64,000 nucleotides of DNA. It comes from Anthoceros angustus (Eukaryota > Plantae > Anthocerotophyta). Positions 12,536 to 24,956 of the stretch are shown here, in pieces. Location of the stretch: NCBI GenBank assembly GCA_010909165.1, contig VJWM01000108.1, positions 62,001 through 126,000 of the forward strand. The letters are read 5' to 3'. How positions within the stretch are numbered: position 1 is the stretch's first letter; each line of letters starts with the position of its first letter. A program made the position numbers and the translations under genes. Under the pieces are notes generated by a model that searched no databases, had not been told where the DNA came from, and was given only the letters and a program-made list of their open reading frames with translations.

Positions 12536-12933
12536 TTCCCCGGTGACTCACAATTGAGTTCGTGATGGCTTCACACAAACATCAGAAAGATTTTAATGAG
12601 CAAACAAACATCCACGATATTAGAATGTAGCTCACATACGAACGCATAAACATTCGCAACCACATGAAAATGTATCCTTACATTACATCCCAAAGCCTCC
12701 GGAAAGTATAAGGCAGTTGTTTTGGCTCACACTTCTTTACATGCAAGCATGCTAGTTTCAACACAAAACAGTGTAATCATCTCTAATGATGCCTCAAATT
12801 CATACTGGCCGTGATGTGCAAAGAAGTCGGACTTGAGGATCTCCTGCATCCATAGTTGCCCACAAAACCCAACTGCTCTTTGGTTTGCGAGCGCCGTTAT
12901 ACCCAAAATCCGAGCTTGACATAGGAGTCCACA

Positions 12934-13573
12934 CTACATTGTCTTCATCCGGCTCTTGATTTGTGTCAAAATCCAATCTTGCTCGAGCACACCTGTGTTT
13001 GTGTGCCTCCCTGCTCTCGACATCGTGTAGGGGGATGGGTTTGGAGTCTGGAACTCACAGGCGTCTTTGGATATACCCTTCTCCACACGCCCGCCCGTTG
13101 CTTTGGTTGTGCTTGCCTTTGCTGCCCGACACGCCTTTGTTCCTCCTCTCCCGCTCCCCAACAAGATGCTCCTCCGGTGCAATGATTGGCTTCCACAGGC
13201 CGGCACCAATCTTGGATCTTCTGACAACCATCATCCTTTCTTTCCTTTCTTACGCCTTGGGCTTCTCGATGGGCACCATGTGGCGGTCCAATGTCCGAGT
13301 CCTTTTTGCTTCCGCTCGCCATGTCCTGCGCCCAACAACCATCATCAAATCCGGAACGAGGACCAAATCCACTTTGGGAAGAAAATACACCTCTCCGTCG
13401 ATGACACGTCCAGAAAACGTTGGGGAGCTTGCGGCGATGGCGTCCTCGCGAGAATTCGATCGCCGCCGTTGTGCCTCAAACACCAAATGTTCCGCAGCGG
13501 ACAGCCTCCGTTCGCCGTTGTCTGCCGGTGCGTATTCACATAACTCGGGCTTGGGCGGGAGGGCGGCTCTCAT
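12934..13573 (-). pseudogene. Third, frameshifted ORF of unknown function inside the transposon
   Basis: Overlapping minus-strand ORFs 13250-13573, 12966-13322 and 12934-13227 look like one broken frame. No family recognised. Confidence 0.3.
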
Positions 13574-13959
13574 TAAACCCTAATTGGGGCGCACCTTAAG
13601 AAACCCGCGTTCATCACGCAGTCACCCTAATGATCCGGTAGTTTTTGAATAAATGAAGCGGTCTCGTACCATGCGGCATTGCTTTTTGCCGTCATTGGTT
13701 ACAGCAAACACATTGGGGCGTAAGCGTATCGTAGGATTCTCAAAATCACTCATTTCCTATTTTAACGACCTTGAGCTCTTTTGATGGCGGGGATGAAACA
13801 AGAGCCGAAGCTCGGTGGAGTCTGTGGAGGCGATTGGGCCGGCGACCTTCCGAGCTACAACATCGCAACCATCTTTGCAGGCCACGCACTCAAGAGGCGG
13901 TAGGTAATGCTTTTTGTTGTTGCTTGGTGAGCATTTATCGCCTAGCTTGCGTTCAATTG

Positions 13960-16900
13960 GCATTCAAAATGAACATGTTGAGTCTGGAGATGAAGTGCGG
14001 GAAGGAGATGATGCTTAGAGTTCATGAGTGCTTGATTCCACTTTTCGAAGAGAGGCTAGCAGTGGCACCACGGAATGGGCGGCTGTTCATCTTCCTTCCA
14101 TGACCCGAGTAGGGATTCACATTCATTGTTGTGACATCTGTGAGAAGGTCTCTGCTAATTTGTTGGTCAATGTTATGTCATGTGTTCCGATCTGTAATGC
14201 TATGTTGTGCTTGGTGCAAGTCCAGGGTGGCGAAGGACTCACGAGCATTCCCGTATGCCCTGTACCCCAACTTCAAGGAACTTGAACATGTACCATGCAA
14301 AAAGTCACAGTGCGAGGAGGATCGCCGTGGCAGACAAGAAGGAGAGATCGCGCGGGATTGTTCAACCGTGTGGCGGTGGACATGGGGAGCTCCCAATGGA
14401 GAGGATGATGTATTTGAGACACCTCCACGAATTACGAGGAGTGGGTGGCAATGCCATCACATACCATCCCAAGCCTATTTGCGAGACATTACAACCTAGC
14501 GTGATGCGGGTTTTGTGTTGAGCGGGGCGGCGTTTCGCTTAAGAAGAGCGAGGAGATCTGCGGGGAAGATTTCGCAAACCTTGTTGCAACAAACTATGCA
14601 TCCCCAAGTTTCTGAAGAAGCTTTCCAAACAGCAGTGAGTTCTTGAGGATGGGGGCCGGGAGCAGAGACCTTCTGCATCTCTTGCGTCCTAATTTCCGAG
14701 GCCAAAACAAGAGACAAGGTTTATACTCACCTCATGGGGAGTTCCAATGCAATCTTTGTTTAAAGGCCTTGAATATCTATGCATAGGATCGGCAAGGTAC
14801 GAGGAGTTGAAGCATAGGGTCCTTGTAGATGCACCTTGGGATGCGAACAAGGCTAGCCCTCGTGTGCAATCCTCCCATGCTTTGGGTGCAATTGCTGGAT
14901 GGACTCCACTTTCCTCCACTTAGCGGAGCGGTTGCGAATGTGGAGGTAACCTACCGACACTTTCACGACTCGAGTTGTGGACCAGTACAAGATTGGAATG
15001 GAGCGAAGGACTACGGTTTGTTTCATGCATACTTCTTGCGGTTGTGGGCTCGAATTTCAAGCGTGTTAAGATACCAAAGTCCAACAGTTCTCAACTTGTT
15101 ATTATGCGCTGTGAGGTTGAAGTGCAACATACGGCACCGATGTCGGAAGTGACCAAGGTAGGCCCCTCCTCCGGTAATTGGTTTTCTCGAGTTGTTGACA
15201 ATGAGTGCGGAAAAGATGGAGTTTGTGGGATGGACTGCATGGCGCAATGGCGGCGAGATCGCGGAGATGGTCTGTGCCGGATGGCACAGCAACATGACCG
15301 TGATGCTCCTCGCATGGCTTGGGCATGCTGCAGGTGCTCCATGCTTCAAGGCGCGCGTGCGAGCATGCGGCGCCCATCGCCCTCGGGCGATATGGCGTCA
15401 TGCGGCGCCCGCCGTCATCGCATGCGCCATGCCGGCGCCATCGCCATCTTCGAGGCATAGAGGCGGCATGAGGCGCTAACTCGGCATGCTTGCGTGGGCG
15501 CGGCATGCCCATGCAGGCTGCCACAAGCAAGGCGATGGCATGCCTCGCGCATGCTCACATTCTTAGCCGGGCTCTAAAGTAAGGCGGAGGGTCATCATGC
15601 CCCACAATGTCTGTATGGTAGCGCCGGCATCTGCGCCCGTCTGTGAAGAGGGGCATGGGCGCGGCATGCGTCGCCCCATCTTGAAGCATCATATGCGGAC
15701 GCCCAGCGTATCTGATTCTCGTCACCCGGCACATTCGGTATCTCCCATGTGGAATGGTGCCAGCGGTGGAAAAGCAAGCCGCATAAGTGCGGCATGCTAC
15801 GCATGAACGCGGCCGCCGCCCATGTTTAGTATATATCTGGCGTTCGATCTCTATTCAATGTCATTTACAGTTTGGATTTTGCAGATTGGCATGATATAAC
15901 ATTCGATTGGTCCAATCATCGATAGCTTCTTTTGGTATATTTCATGGTTGGCCATATCTCACCGTATTGTTGATGCGAGCTTGTACCAAGAGGCGAACAA
16001 GCATCGTGTATCGATTGATGGAGGAAAGGAAGAAGTTGACCAAGCATCGCTCAAAATCTTACAAGGAGCCTCATAAATATATGTTGTTATCAATCGGTAT
16101 GGACCAAGAAAACTTCACTCCCACATATTTTGAGGTGGCCCAAGGACTTGAAGAGGAGAGTCGAATCACGGTACATGTGGTGGGCTGCATGATACATAAC
16201 TACACATTCAAAGCGGGCCTATGCATTATGCAAATTTAGCAAATGATGCAAACGACAATAACCATTATCCAGATGTTATACATACCTATACTTCCCAAGG
16301 TGTTATATCTAGTTGGACAACACATGTAGGGAGAACAAGAACCAGCTTTTATTTGCGTATTTGAACATGCTTGTGGAACTCGGGACGTTTGAGAAAGTGA
16401 AGGTTGGTTTCCTTCTTGTCGGGCATACACGACCGTAGATCAAATGTTCTCTTGTTTCTCCAAGCATTTAAAGCATAAAGAGGCGGTCCTTACCTACCAA
16501 GAAATTTTGAGGGAGTCATTCACGCCAAATCCGAGGTAATTGTGTTGAGAGGTTGCCGACTTAGGTCATTCGTGTGGCCTATAGGAGCGAGGATTGACGC
16601 GGAAATACACAGTGCGGAAGTTGAACAACCTATCATTTCAACACAGTTCAAAATCACGGAAGAAAGAAGTCGGCGGAAAATAGTCATTGAAGTAAGCGAT
16701 TACTCTACCTCCATTGTGGGAATCAAGATGGGCTGGAGTTTTGTCTCATGTTCGACGTCATCGGCCCGACTCCTTGGCACTCGGGCAAAAGACAAAAGGG
16801 AAGTGAGGCGGTCTTACCGCGTGAAGGCGTGGATCACTTGAAGAAAGGATTGATAAAGCTACCAACTTATTTGACTCTGCGGAGGAAGAATGGTGGGATT

Positions 16901-17148
16901 TGGAATGATCAAGTTGAAATATTGTACATTGGACTTGTCTGCATAACCCAGAGATGGTACGACGAGGCGTGAGCACACGTTCCTCCAATGCGAATCTGGA
17001 TGAAGCGGATTGGATGAGGCTTTGTTGCGAAATACCACAAAGGGCCATGTACAGGGGCCTATCAAAGTATCGAATGCCGGAGGAGGAAATGGAGAGGATG
17101 AATGGCAATATCACGGAGATAGAAAGGAATGTTCATTGTGGCGTGTGA
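13960..17148 (+). pseudogene. Frameshifted DDE transposase, Sola-like by motif
   Basis: YFLRLWA.NFKRVKIPKSN.FS.C (15030-15110); ERKKLTKHRSKSYKEPHKYMLLSI-GMDQ (16096-16107); VHVVGCMIH; LDNTCRENKNQLLFAYLNMLVELGTFEKVKVGFLLVGHT(H)..DQMFS (16313-16455). A GC-rich block at ~15230-15830 interrupts it. Confidence 0.75.
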
Positions 17149-18329
17149 AGACACATAACAGCGTTACGGGTAGCGAAGGTTCTTAATGTCCATCTCGCAC
17201 CCAGAACCCTATATACTTGTGCCTTTGGTGTGAGCGGACCACCGATGCTTACGAGGGCAAATATGTTGGGAGTATTCTTGAGGAGTGGAATGAAGAGCCA
17301 CTGCGAAAAGCGAGGAAAGAGCAAAGACCTCCAAACATCCAAAAATGTTTGTCAGAAAACCGTTATAGTATACTATGGTTTTAAACTAACTTCCGAAACA
17401 CATGCACGGATAAAAAGCTATAAAGGCGAGTGCTCTCCGAATGCACCTCCAATGCACTTCCAATGAGGCGATGGAAGTGACAATGATGGTAATAGCGTCA
17501 TTGAAGGAGGGTGAGGTCTCGATTCGAGGGAGAGTAATGTCATTAGTTTTGGATTTGGGAATAAGTGTGGAACAACTCCGCACCTAGTTTCATGATAACA
17601 TGACTGGATTATAGTTTCATGATAACATGCGCGACAATATATTACTTTCGCTTGAAATCTTTTGTTAAGACAAGCGTGTGACATCATGCGGCATTGAGTT
17701 CCTTCCAAACCTAGCCTGGACATACTTAGTCGGACGGTACCATCCGGCATGTATGGTTGCCTTTCACTAGTGAAAACCCCTTCGTATATAGCGCATTTAG
17801 GCGTTGGTGAGCATTATTTGCCATTGTTTCACAATCCACCAGTGCATGTAATCATGATCCACTTATGGTATCAATGTTGATGTACATGATCCAACTCCAC
17901 TGGTAGGCATTAGGTTGGGCGGTGGCGGCATGCGGCGCCACCCTCTAACAGCGTTCAGCGTTACAACATTATTTCAAAGACCAAGGCGGATGGCACTCCT
18001 TAGTTCGAGAATATGATTTCAAACACGGTCATCGCTCTTGTTTCACAATGATTGGAATGAATGGCACGGAAAATCACGGAGGCAAGTATTTTGCACCCAT
18101 AAGGATGGGGAGCCCACGGTATTATTCCTCGTAAGTCGCATCTTTGCAACCACCGTTCTACTAGTGTGCGGTGGAAAGGAAGATGCCATGACTATGAGTT
18201 AAACCCGTTTTCAATGCAATTTGGCAATTACATCCCAAAAGGGTATTCACAACCATCAAAACACCCTTCGGTTTAAATACCCTCGGAGCGCTTGGTGTAT
18301 ATTCGACGCTTCAAATATTATGCCTTTTT

Positions 18330-21300
18330 CTAGTCCGTTCCTCTCACCACTCACACTACCCTCGCCGTCCTTGGAGGAAATCGCGGTGGCTGCCAGTCGG
18401 TCCTCCTCCGCTCTGCGGGCCTGTCGTCCCGCCCTCCGGAGTTCCTCCGGCTCACAGCGTTCGGTCAGGTCCAACGTGGGGCGGCTGCTGATGATGCAAG
18501 GGTCCCCGGGCGCTATTCCTGCACACCACAACACGTTAGGGTCCGTCACCAAGACCTTGATCGGTCTCTCCGGTCTTGTCGGCCTGCTTTCGATGACTAA
18601 GGACTCGCGTTGAGAGCACCAAGGGGCTGCAGAAGACCGGCATCAACACCAAGAAAAGATGATTTACCGGGCTGACCTCTTATACTCGCGAAGGTCGGCG
18701 TCTTTATTACCTCTATTACGGTGAGGGCCATTCGGTCTTCATCGGCCTATTATTCTCCCTATTCCTCATATCTCCGCCGTCGGTGGTGGGATAGATTGAT
18801 CTTGGCACGGCTGGCCGAGCCGTATTTTGCAGGCGCAGTGGATGATCGCGGTAGACCCCTTCCTCTTCGGGGTGCAGCCATTGCGCTACGTGGCGACAAC
18901 AGCGATCACCACTAAGTCCTCCTCCCCTCGGGCTCTCTTATCTCTGGCGGGCCCTGCGCCCAGGGCCCTCAAGGCCAGATCTGGGGCTGGTGATTGGTGG
19001 CTCTCCCCCACTCCACAGTGGACCTCGGGACCCAGTCTCGACTCGAGTCTGGACCTCTAGGTCCGTCTTCCCTCGGGGTCAGGTCCCACATGTGTCCTTC
19101 TTTTGGGTTCGGGACCTCGGGGTCCGGACCTCTGAGGTCCGGTCTTGGACCCAACCCTTCCCACAGGTCGGACCTCGGGGTCCGGTCTCAGAGTCTGGAT
19201 CTCTAAGTCCACACACTTGAGGTCGGACTTGAGGCCGACCTTTCAGAGTTCGGACAAAGTCCGGACCCAGCTCTGGTTACTCCTCACGGGCGATCACAGG
19301 CTCATCCAGCCCTCCCTTGGTTCCCGAGTGCCAGTTGCGCCTTTCACGGCCTCCCGGTCCTCCTCCCTTCCTTGAGTCCGGGGTGCAGTGCTTACCTCGA
19401 TATAGTGACCCTTCCTCCGACTCCTCCGCCTCTCCCACCTGGCTAACTCTTGCCGTCATCAAGCAGCGCTCCTAGGGTCCCGTGGCTGCTTGTTGTCCCA
19501 GATCCTTCCTCCCTCGCTCCTCCTTGAGCCCTTGGAGTCCGCCCTCTGCCTGGGGTGGCGCGGGACCTCAGAGCCTTGAGGAAACTCTGCGTGGTAGTAG
19601 GCAAAAGATGAATCGACTTGTTGAATCGCCTCCTCCACATGAGCCGGAGCACCGGTACTCCCTCCTCCGGAGGTGCTCGGTGGGCATGTTGTCAAGCCTC
19701 TTGGCCCGTCTCCGTGGCCAAGCTTGCCATGGCAGGCGGACTCCCTTGATGCCGTCAGGCGGCCTCCGTCACCTCTGCGGCCTTGGCTGCTTTTCGGCCT
19801 CCTCCTCCGTCGTCGTTCCGGCTCTGCCGGTTTGCGGGCCATGGTGAGCTCCCCTCTGCTTCTTTATGGACGGCGGCTGCTTCTCCTCCAGTGCTTTCTT
19901 CCCTCCGTTTATCCTTTCCGGTCACCACTTCCTTCTCCGGGCGGGCGGTATCCCGTCGACTCACGGCTTCCTCCACCTCTGCTGCGGCTCGCGGCGTCGA
20001 ACTCCTTGCCGTCGCTATTCTCCTCCGTCTTCAAGCGGGCCCAGGCGCTCTATCTCACTCGAAGTCTTGGATTCTCTGGGTGAGAACCCCTAACTTTCCG
20101 TCGTCTTGGAGTTGCGGCTCAAAGTATCCTTCTTCCTCCGGCTCACCGCCGCCTTCTACCTCCTGTTTGCACCACAGGGTCCCCTATCTCCCGAGTCTTG
20201 ACCTCCAGCGCCTCCTCACGGCTCGGCCTGCTTGCTCAGCTCTTTCGGCCTTGAGGTTGGCAGCTACCCGGCCGTCTCCTCCACGGTTCGATCACGTCGA
20301 GATAGTGATCGACTGCGGCTTCCGCTTCCGCCGCCTTCACACGAGCCTCGTGAGCTTGCTAGTCGATCGGGCCGCCTCGGCCGGTCGCGAGCCTTCTCCG
20401 CTCTCGGCCTCCTCTCCTGCGCTCCTCTCAGCTGCGAGGTCTTGGCCGTGCTTGGGCCTCCTGCGCATGCCTCGGTGCTCACCCGGTGAAGAAACTTGTC
20501 GATCTTCTTGCCGTCCGGACCTCACGCTCCGCCTCGGCTTCCTTCCTCGATCGGCGGCTTCCGCTTCTCCTGCGCCTCTGGGCCGCCACACAGCCTTGAG
20601 CACCATCCTCGTGGCCTCCACCTCCTTGGGTCTTCTCCGTCCATGAGACCCCAGACATACCGTCCATAATGATGGCAGGCTCCCGCCGTGTCTCTTCCGG
20701 CCCGGCTGAGGAGATGCGGGAAGTCCGTTGTGGGCGGGCATCTCGTCCGTCAGGACCTCCATACCCTTGATCCGGGCGAGTCGGGGCAGGCTCTCGGACC
20801 TAATCGGGACCCTTAGGTCCTGGTCAGTCGAGCCTCACCTTCTTGGCCCTCTTGGCCCAATTCCTTCGCCTCTTTCTCCACAGGGGCTCGGAGGGTGAGG
20901 GGTTCGGGAGGCGGCCCTCTTGCCTCTCCCGGTCGGAGGCAGGACCCGGCTCGGGTGGGGCTGCTGCGATGGCCTCCCGCTCCTTGGGCGGCGTCCCTTT
21001 CCGCCCTTCTCACTGCCTCCTCAGCCTCCTTGCCACTCCGTTGGCGAGGCAAAACCTGGCGCCGTCCGGTGCTGCGTTGGCCGGGTGGCAAATCTTCCGC
21101 CTCTTGGTCCCCGGCAAGTCCGTCGGGGCTCGGTGCCGTCGTGGTGGCGGTAGTCTGTCATGGAGCCGCCGACTCATACAGGGCCTCCTCCTGCTGCGTC
21201 TTGCTCCGGTGGGGGCACCAAGAGAAGGAAGCGGGGATATCTTCCCACGCTTCCCTAGGTGGTGGTCGTTCAGAGCGTATGGAGTCAGGAATCCTCGATC

Positions 21301-22250
21301 GTCTCCTCCGGACCCGTTTGGTCTTAGGGGTCGGGCCTCCTCCTCAGCGCCTTTGCGCTCACTTCGGTAGGGGCCGGCCCTTCCGGGCGCCGCTCTTCTT
21401 CCCCTCCTTGAGGAGGTTGTAGTGTCCCCACACATGGATCGAATGTAGGTATAGTCACGATGGAGGTGGCTTCTCCTTTCGACATGAGCCTCTGGCGAGC
21501 AGGCGAAGATGATCCTCCCGGTCGGCCCTCTTGCCCATTGCGGCGCGGGCAGGAACCAATAAATTGTCACCAAGGTGATCTACCTTGGTGGCGAGTTCAG
21601 TGGACAATGATCACGGCCCTTGCTCTCACCCTCTGTCCAACAAATCGACATCGACCCGTTGGTTGTTATTTGCGCTTGACATTCGCCTTTCCTCTATCTT
21701 TCCTCTTGCCTTGAGGGGCTCGGGACTCATGATTTCTTCTGGGCGGTTGTGGCGCCCTCCCGGGATATCAAGGTCCACCTCCTGGGATCCTCAGGAGGTT
21801 CTTGGATCGGACCCTTGTTGGCCTTGCTAATTCCATCCTAACAAGTGCGATCTTGTCAAGCGTCCACACCTCCTAAAGGCGTCGGTGCCATTTCTCCACC
21901 GGGTCCTCTTGCCTCACCAACGAGGGGTTGAAGTCGGGATATCTCTTGGTGACAATGTTAGCTCCACGAGAACTGCTCCCACACCTCGATAACGGCCTTC
22001 TTGGTCCCATTAGATCTAATGACTTGTAGGCCAACAACAAAAGTAATTCTTTCTTCAACTAAAATCATAAGCAACAAACGTGGTGTCATATTGGGCGAAG
22101 TTTCTTCTCATAGTATGAAATTGAGAATATGCTTCAGGTCTTCTTTGCTTGGTCACAGACTCCATCTCCCTTACCACCCATCACTTAGCCACATGACGAT
22201 GGATTTCCGACCGGCCTCTGAGCACCACGTTAGTTGTCCTAGGGGTGAAT
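18330..22250 (-). mobile_element. Ty3/gypsy-derived segment: integrase C-terminus/chromodomain-like remnant plus GC-rich accessory ORF region
   Basis: Minus-strand KDLKHILNF (resembles LP..KIHNVFHVS, ~22120-22150) and YKSLDLMG...KRYPDF (chromodomain-like, 21873-22058). There are charged, coiled-coil-like broken ORFs at 19450-21570, and homology to 3530-3950. Confidence 0.45.
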
Positions 22251-22589
22251 GAAAGAATCTCTAATTTAAGATATATTTTTGGGCTATAATTAAATATCTG
22301 AAATGAATTGGTTGTAAGAGGTTGTAACCACTCCAACCAAACATGTAGATTCAGTTCTCATAAGGGGGTATGCTAACCAGGGCAGTGGTCAGGAAGCCCT
22401 GGATAATTACTATTTGCTTGAATTAATAATTTTTTTAGTTTTGAATCCCGATCAGATGCTACATAAAGCACAGACGCATGGTAACATCACATCTCTTGCT
22501 AATGTAGATTCATTGCATTTTTAGAACGGTAGGAAAATGTTAGTCCTCACTAAAATGGGCGACCATGTAGAGAGACTCCCAGAGGATGT

Positions 22590-22850
22590 AGAAGAAAGTC
22601 CTCAAAGGGGCCTTTAGAAGAAAGTCCTCATAGGACACCCTTAGAGAAACTCCTCAGAGGTGCCCTTTAGAAGAAAGTCCTCGAGAGGATGCCTTTAGAA
22701 GAGAATTCCTGGGAGGCCTTTAGAAGAGAAAGTCCTTGGGGCGCCCTTTAGAAGAAAGTCCTCCAGAGGGCCCACTTTAGAAGAAAGTCTCGGAGAGGAG
22801 GCGCCCTTTAGAAAACACCTAAGAGGAGGAGACCTTTTCATGTGCAAAGT
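22590..22850 (+). repeat. ~27-bp tandem repeat (GAAGAAAGTCCTCAGAGGGGCCCTTTA), about 9 copies
   Basis: Read directly. In frame with the ATG at 22556 it gives MGDHVERLPEDVEESPQRGPLEESPHR before frameshifts. Confidence 0.85.
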
Positions 22851-24956
22851 GGAAGCAACCATGTGAGAAACTCCTAAGAGGACACTCTTGATGTGGGTTG
22901 AGGTCGATGCCATGGTGAAGCAGCATCATGTACCTTCTCCATTAGAAAGCAACAGTACCTTGGTCTTGCAATCGGTTGTCGATGGCGGGAAGCCAACTCA
23001 TCTTTTTGTACAAGACCATGAGACTAGAGGTTTTGGAAGGTTTTGGAGATTTTGGTAGGGGCCATTCACGGTTTAGGGTTTGCTAGGATCTTGTACACCT
23101 TGCATTAGATTAAGCTTATGAATAGCTTGAAATGCTCAAAGCGTCTGACTTCATTATTTGACAACTTGGAACTTGGCCGCCGCGATAACTATACCGCCGT
23201 GGGACAATTGTCATGGCTCGGATTGATTACATAAGATAAATCTCATAATGTAGGAAAGATGGTAGCCGTATAATGAGTAGGTAGAACAACATGAGGTAAG
23301 AAAAGCACACAATGATGCTAAAGAAGTGCTTTAAGCTTAGCATAGGGGCTAGCATAGGAGAATGTGCCCTGCTACCTTTAGATTTGAAGATGAAGATTGA
23401 AACCTAGGCTCGGAGCAAAATGCCTCTTGGCACTATGAAAGTGGCACCTTAGGAATTGTGCACTCGAGCTATAAGAGTGAAACCAAAGTGAAATGAGAAC
23501 AAGACCCGTACAGGACCATGGCTATGAATACACAAGTCTTGGTACATTTGTGGTGGCTTTGTCATGGTTGTTTTTACATATTAATATCGCTGTCCTTTGT
23601 GACCTTGTTGTGTGATGTCCTATAGTGACATACGAACCGCAGATCATTGTATATGTGTGTCGCCATCTTGATTGTCCATTCCGTGCGACCACCCCTGGCC
23701 CCTGTCATACATAGTGAAGCCTGGTGGGGTCACTCCATCTTCTCACTCAACCTTGCTAGGACATAGGATATCTCAGTCTAGAGTTGTGAGATAAGGAGTA
23801 CCTTGTGACTGCTATATGTTTTTCTGTTCCTTGTCACAAAACAAAGGACTTAAGAGATTTTTCATAATTCCCATTGAGAGGTTTTGAATGATTCCCGTGC
23901 AAGATACTAACCTGTCTATGCATTGTCGAGCCATATAAGAAATTACGTTTATTTATTTAGCAAACCCTATTTTATATTACTATTTTATATTTGACACGTT
24001 TGATTAAGTTACCATTTAGGTGAGTGAGAAGGCGGATGAGGAGGCGGCGGTGAGGAGGGGCGGCGGTGAGAAGCGGCGGTGAGTATGAAGGCGGGCGGTG
24101 CAGGTGCAGGTATGGAGTGCGGGCAGCGGGCGGGAAGGCGGTGAGCAGTGCAGATGCGGGTATGGAGTGGCTGGGCCAGGAAGCAGGCCGAGCGGCAGGC
24201 GGTGGTGCAGGTGGGTGATGCGATGCAGGCGCGGGAGCAGGAAGCTGGCGGGAGGCAGGAAGCGGCCTTGTAGTGGCCAGAGCCAGCAGCGTCTTGGCCT
24301 TGGCCTTGAGCCTTGGGCGGGGCGTGGCGGCATGGCGGGGCGAAGCGGCGCGGGCGCGGGCAGGCGATGGCCGGCGGCGGCGTAGCCGCTTTGACAGCCT
24401 TGGCCGGCAGGCTTGAGCCGAGCGGGGCCGGGCAAGCCTTGAGGCCGGGCGGCCGAGGGGAAAGTGCAGGCGCGGGCGGCAGGCGGCTGTGAGGCGGGCA
24501 GGCCTGGCGGGCGGGCGCGAGGCGAGGCAGTGCAGGAGGCAAGCGGGCGGGGCGAAGCCTTGAGGCCAGGCGGTGCGTGGGGCGGCGGTGCGGGAAGCGA
24601 GCAGTGCGGGGCCGAGGCCAGGCTGGCAGTGTGCTGAGTAGCATAGGAGTGGGCAGCATATGCGGGGCAGGCCGAGGCAGGCTGGCGTGGTGTGAGGCGA
24701 GGCGGTGTGTCGAGGAGTAGTGCAATGGGCGCCGTGCAGTGCAGGCGAGAAGTGCGATGCAGGCGGTGCGGTCTGTCTCTGTGAGGCGGGTAATGCAGCC
24801 TTGATTGCGGTGTCTGTGGCGTGTGTAGTGCAGAGGGGAGTGCGGGCAAAGCTGGCATAAAGTGGCGAGGCGGGAAGACTCCGAGGCGAGTCCAGTGAGG
24901 CCGAGGCTGTCAAGGGCAAGGCGGTAACCTGCTGAGTAGGTGTCTGAGGAGGTAGG

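Larger units (their letters stand above)
9009..18325 (+). mobile_element. ~9.3 kb TIR DNA transposon carrying a DDE transposase and ParB-MTase cargo
   Basis: Left TIR 9009-9038 AGGATAATATTTGAAGCGGCTGAATATACA (duplicated at 7295-7324). Right TIR 18296-18325, reverse complement AGGCATAATATTTGAAGCGTCGAATATACA. The TIRs enclose both genes. No clear TSD. Confidence 0.7.

Noticed and set aside
17761-17774. TTCACTAGTGAA palindrome as a possible CACTA terminus
   Set aside because: No matching partner end was found, and the better-supported TIR pair lies at 9009/18325.
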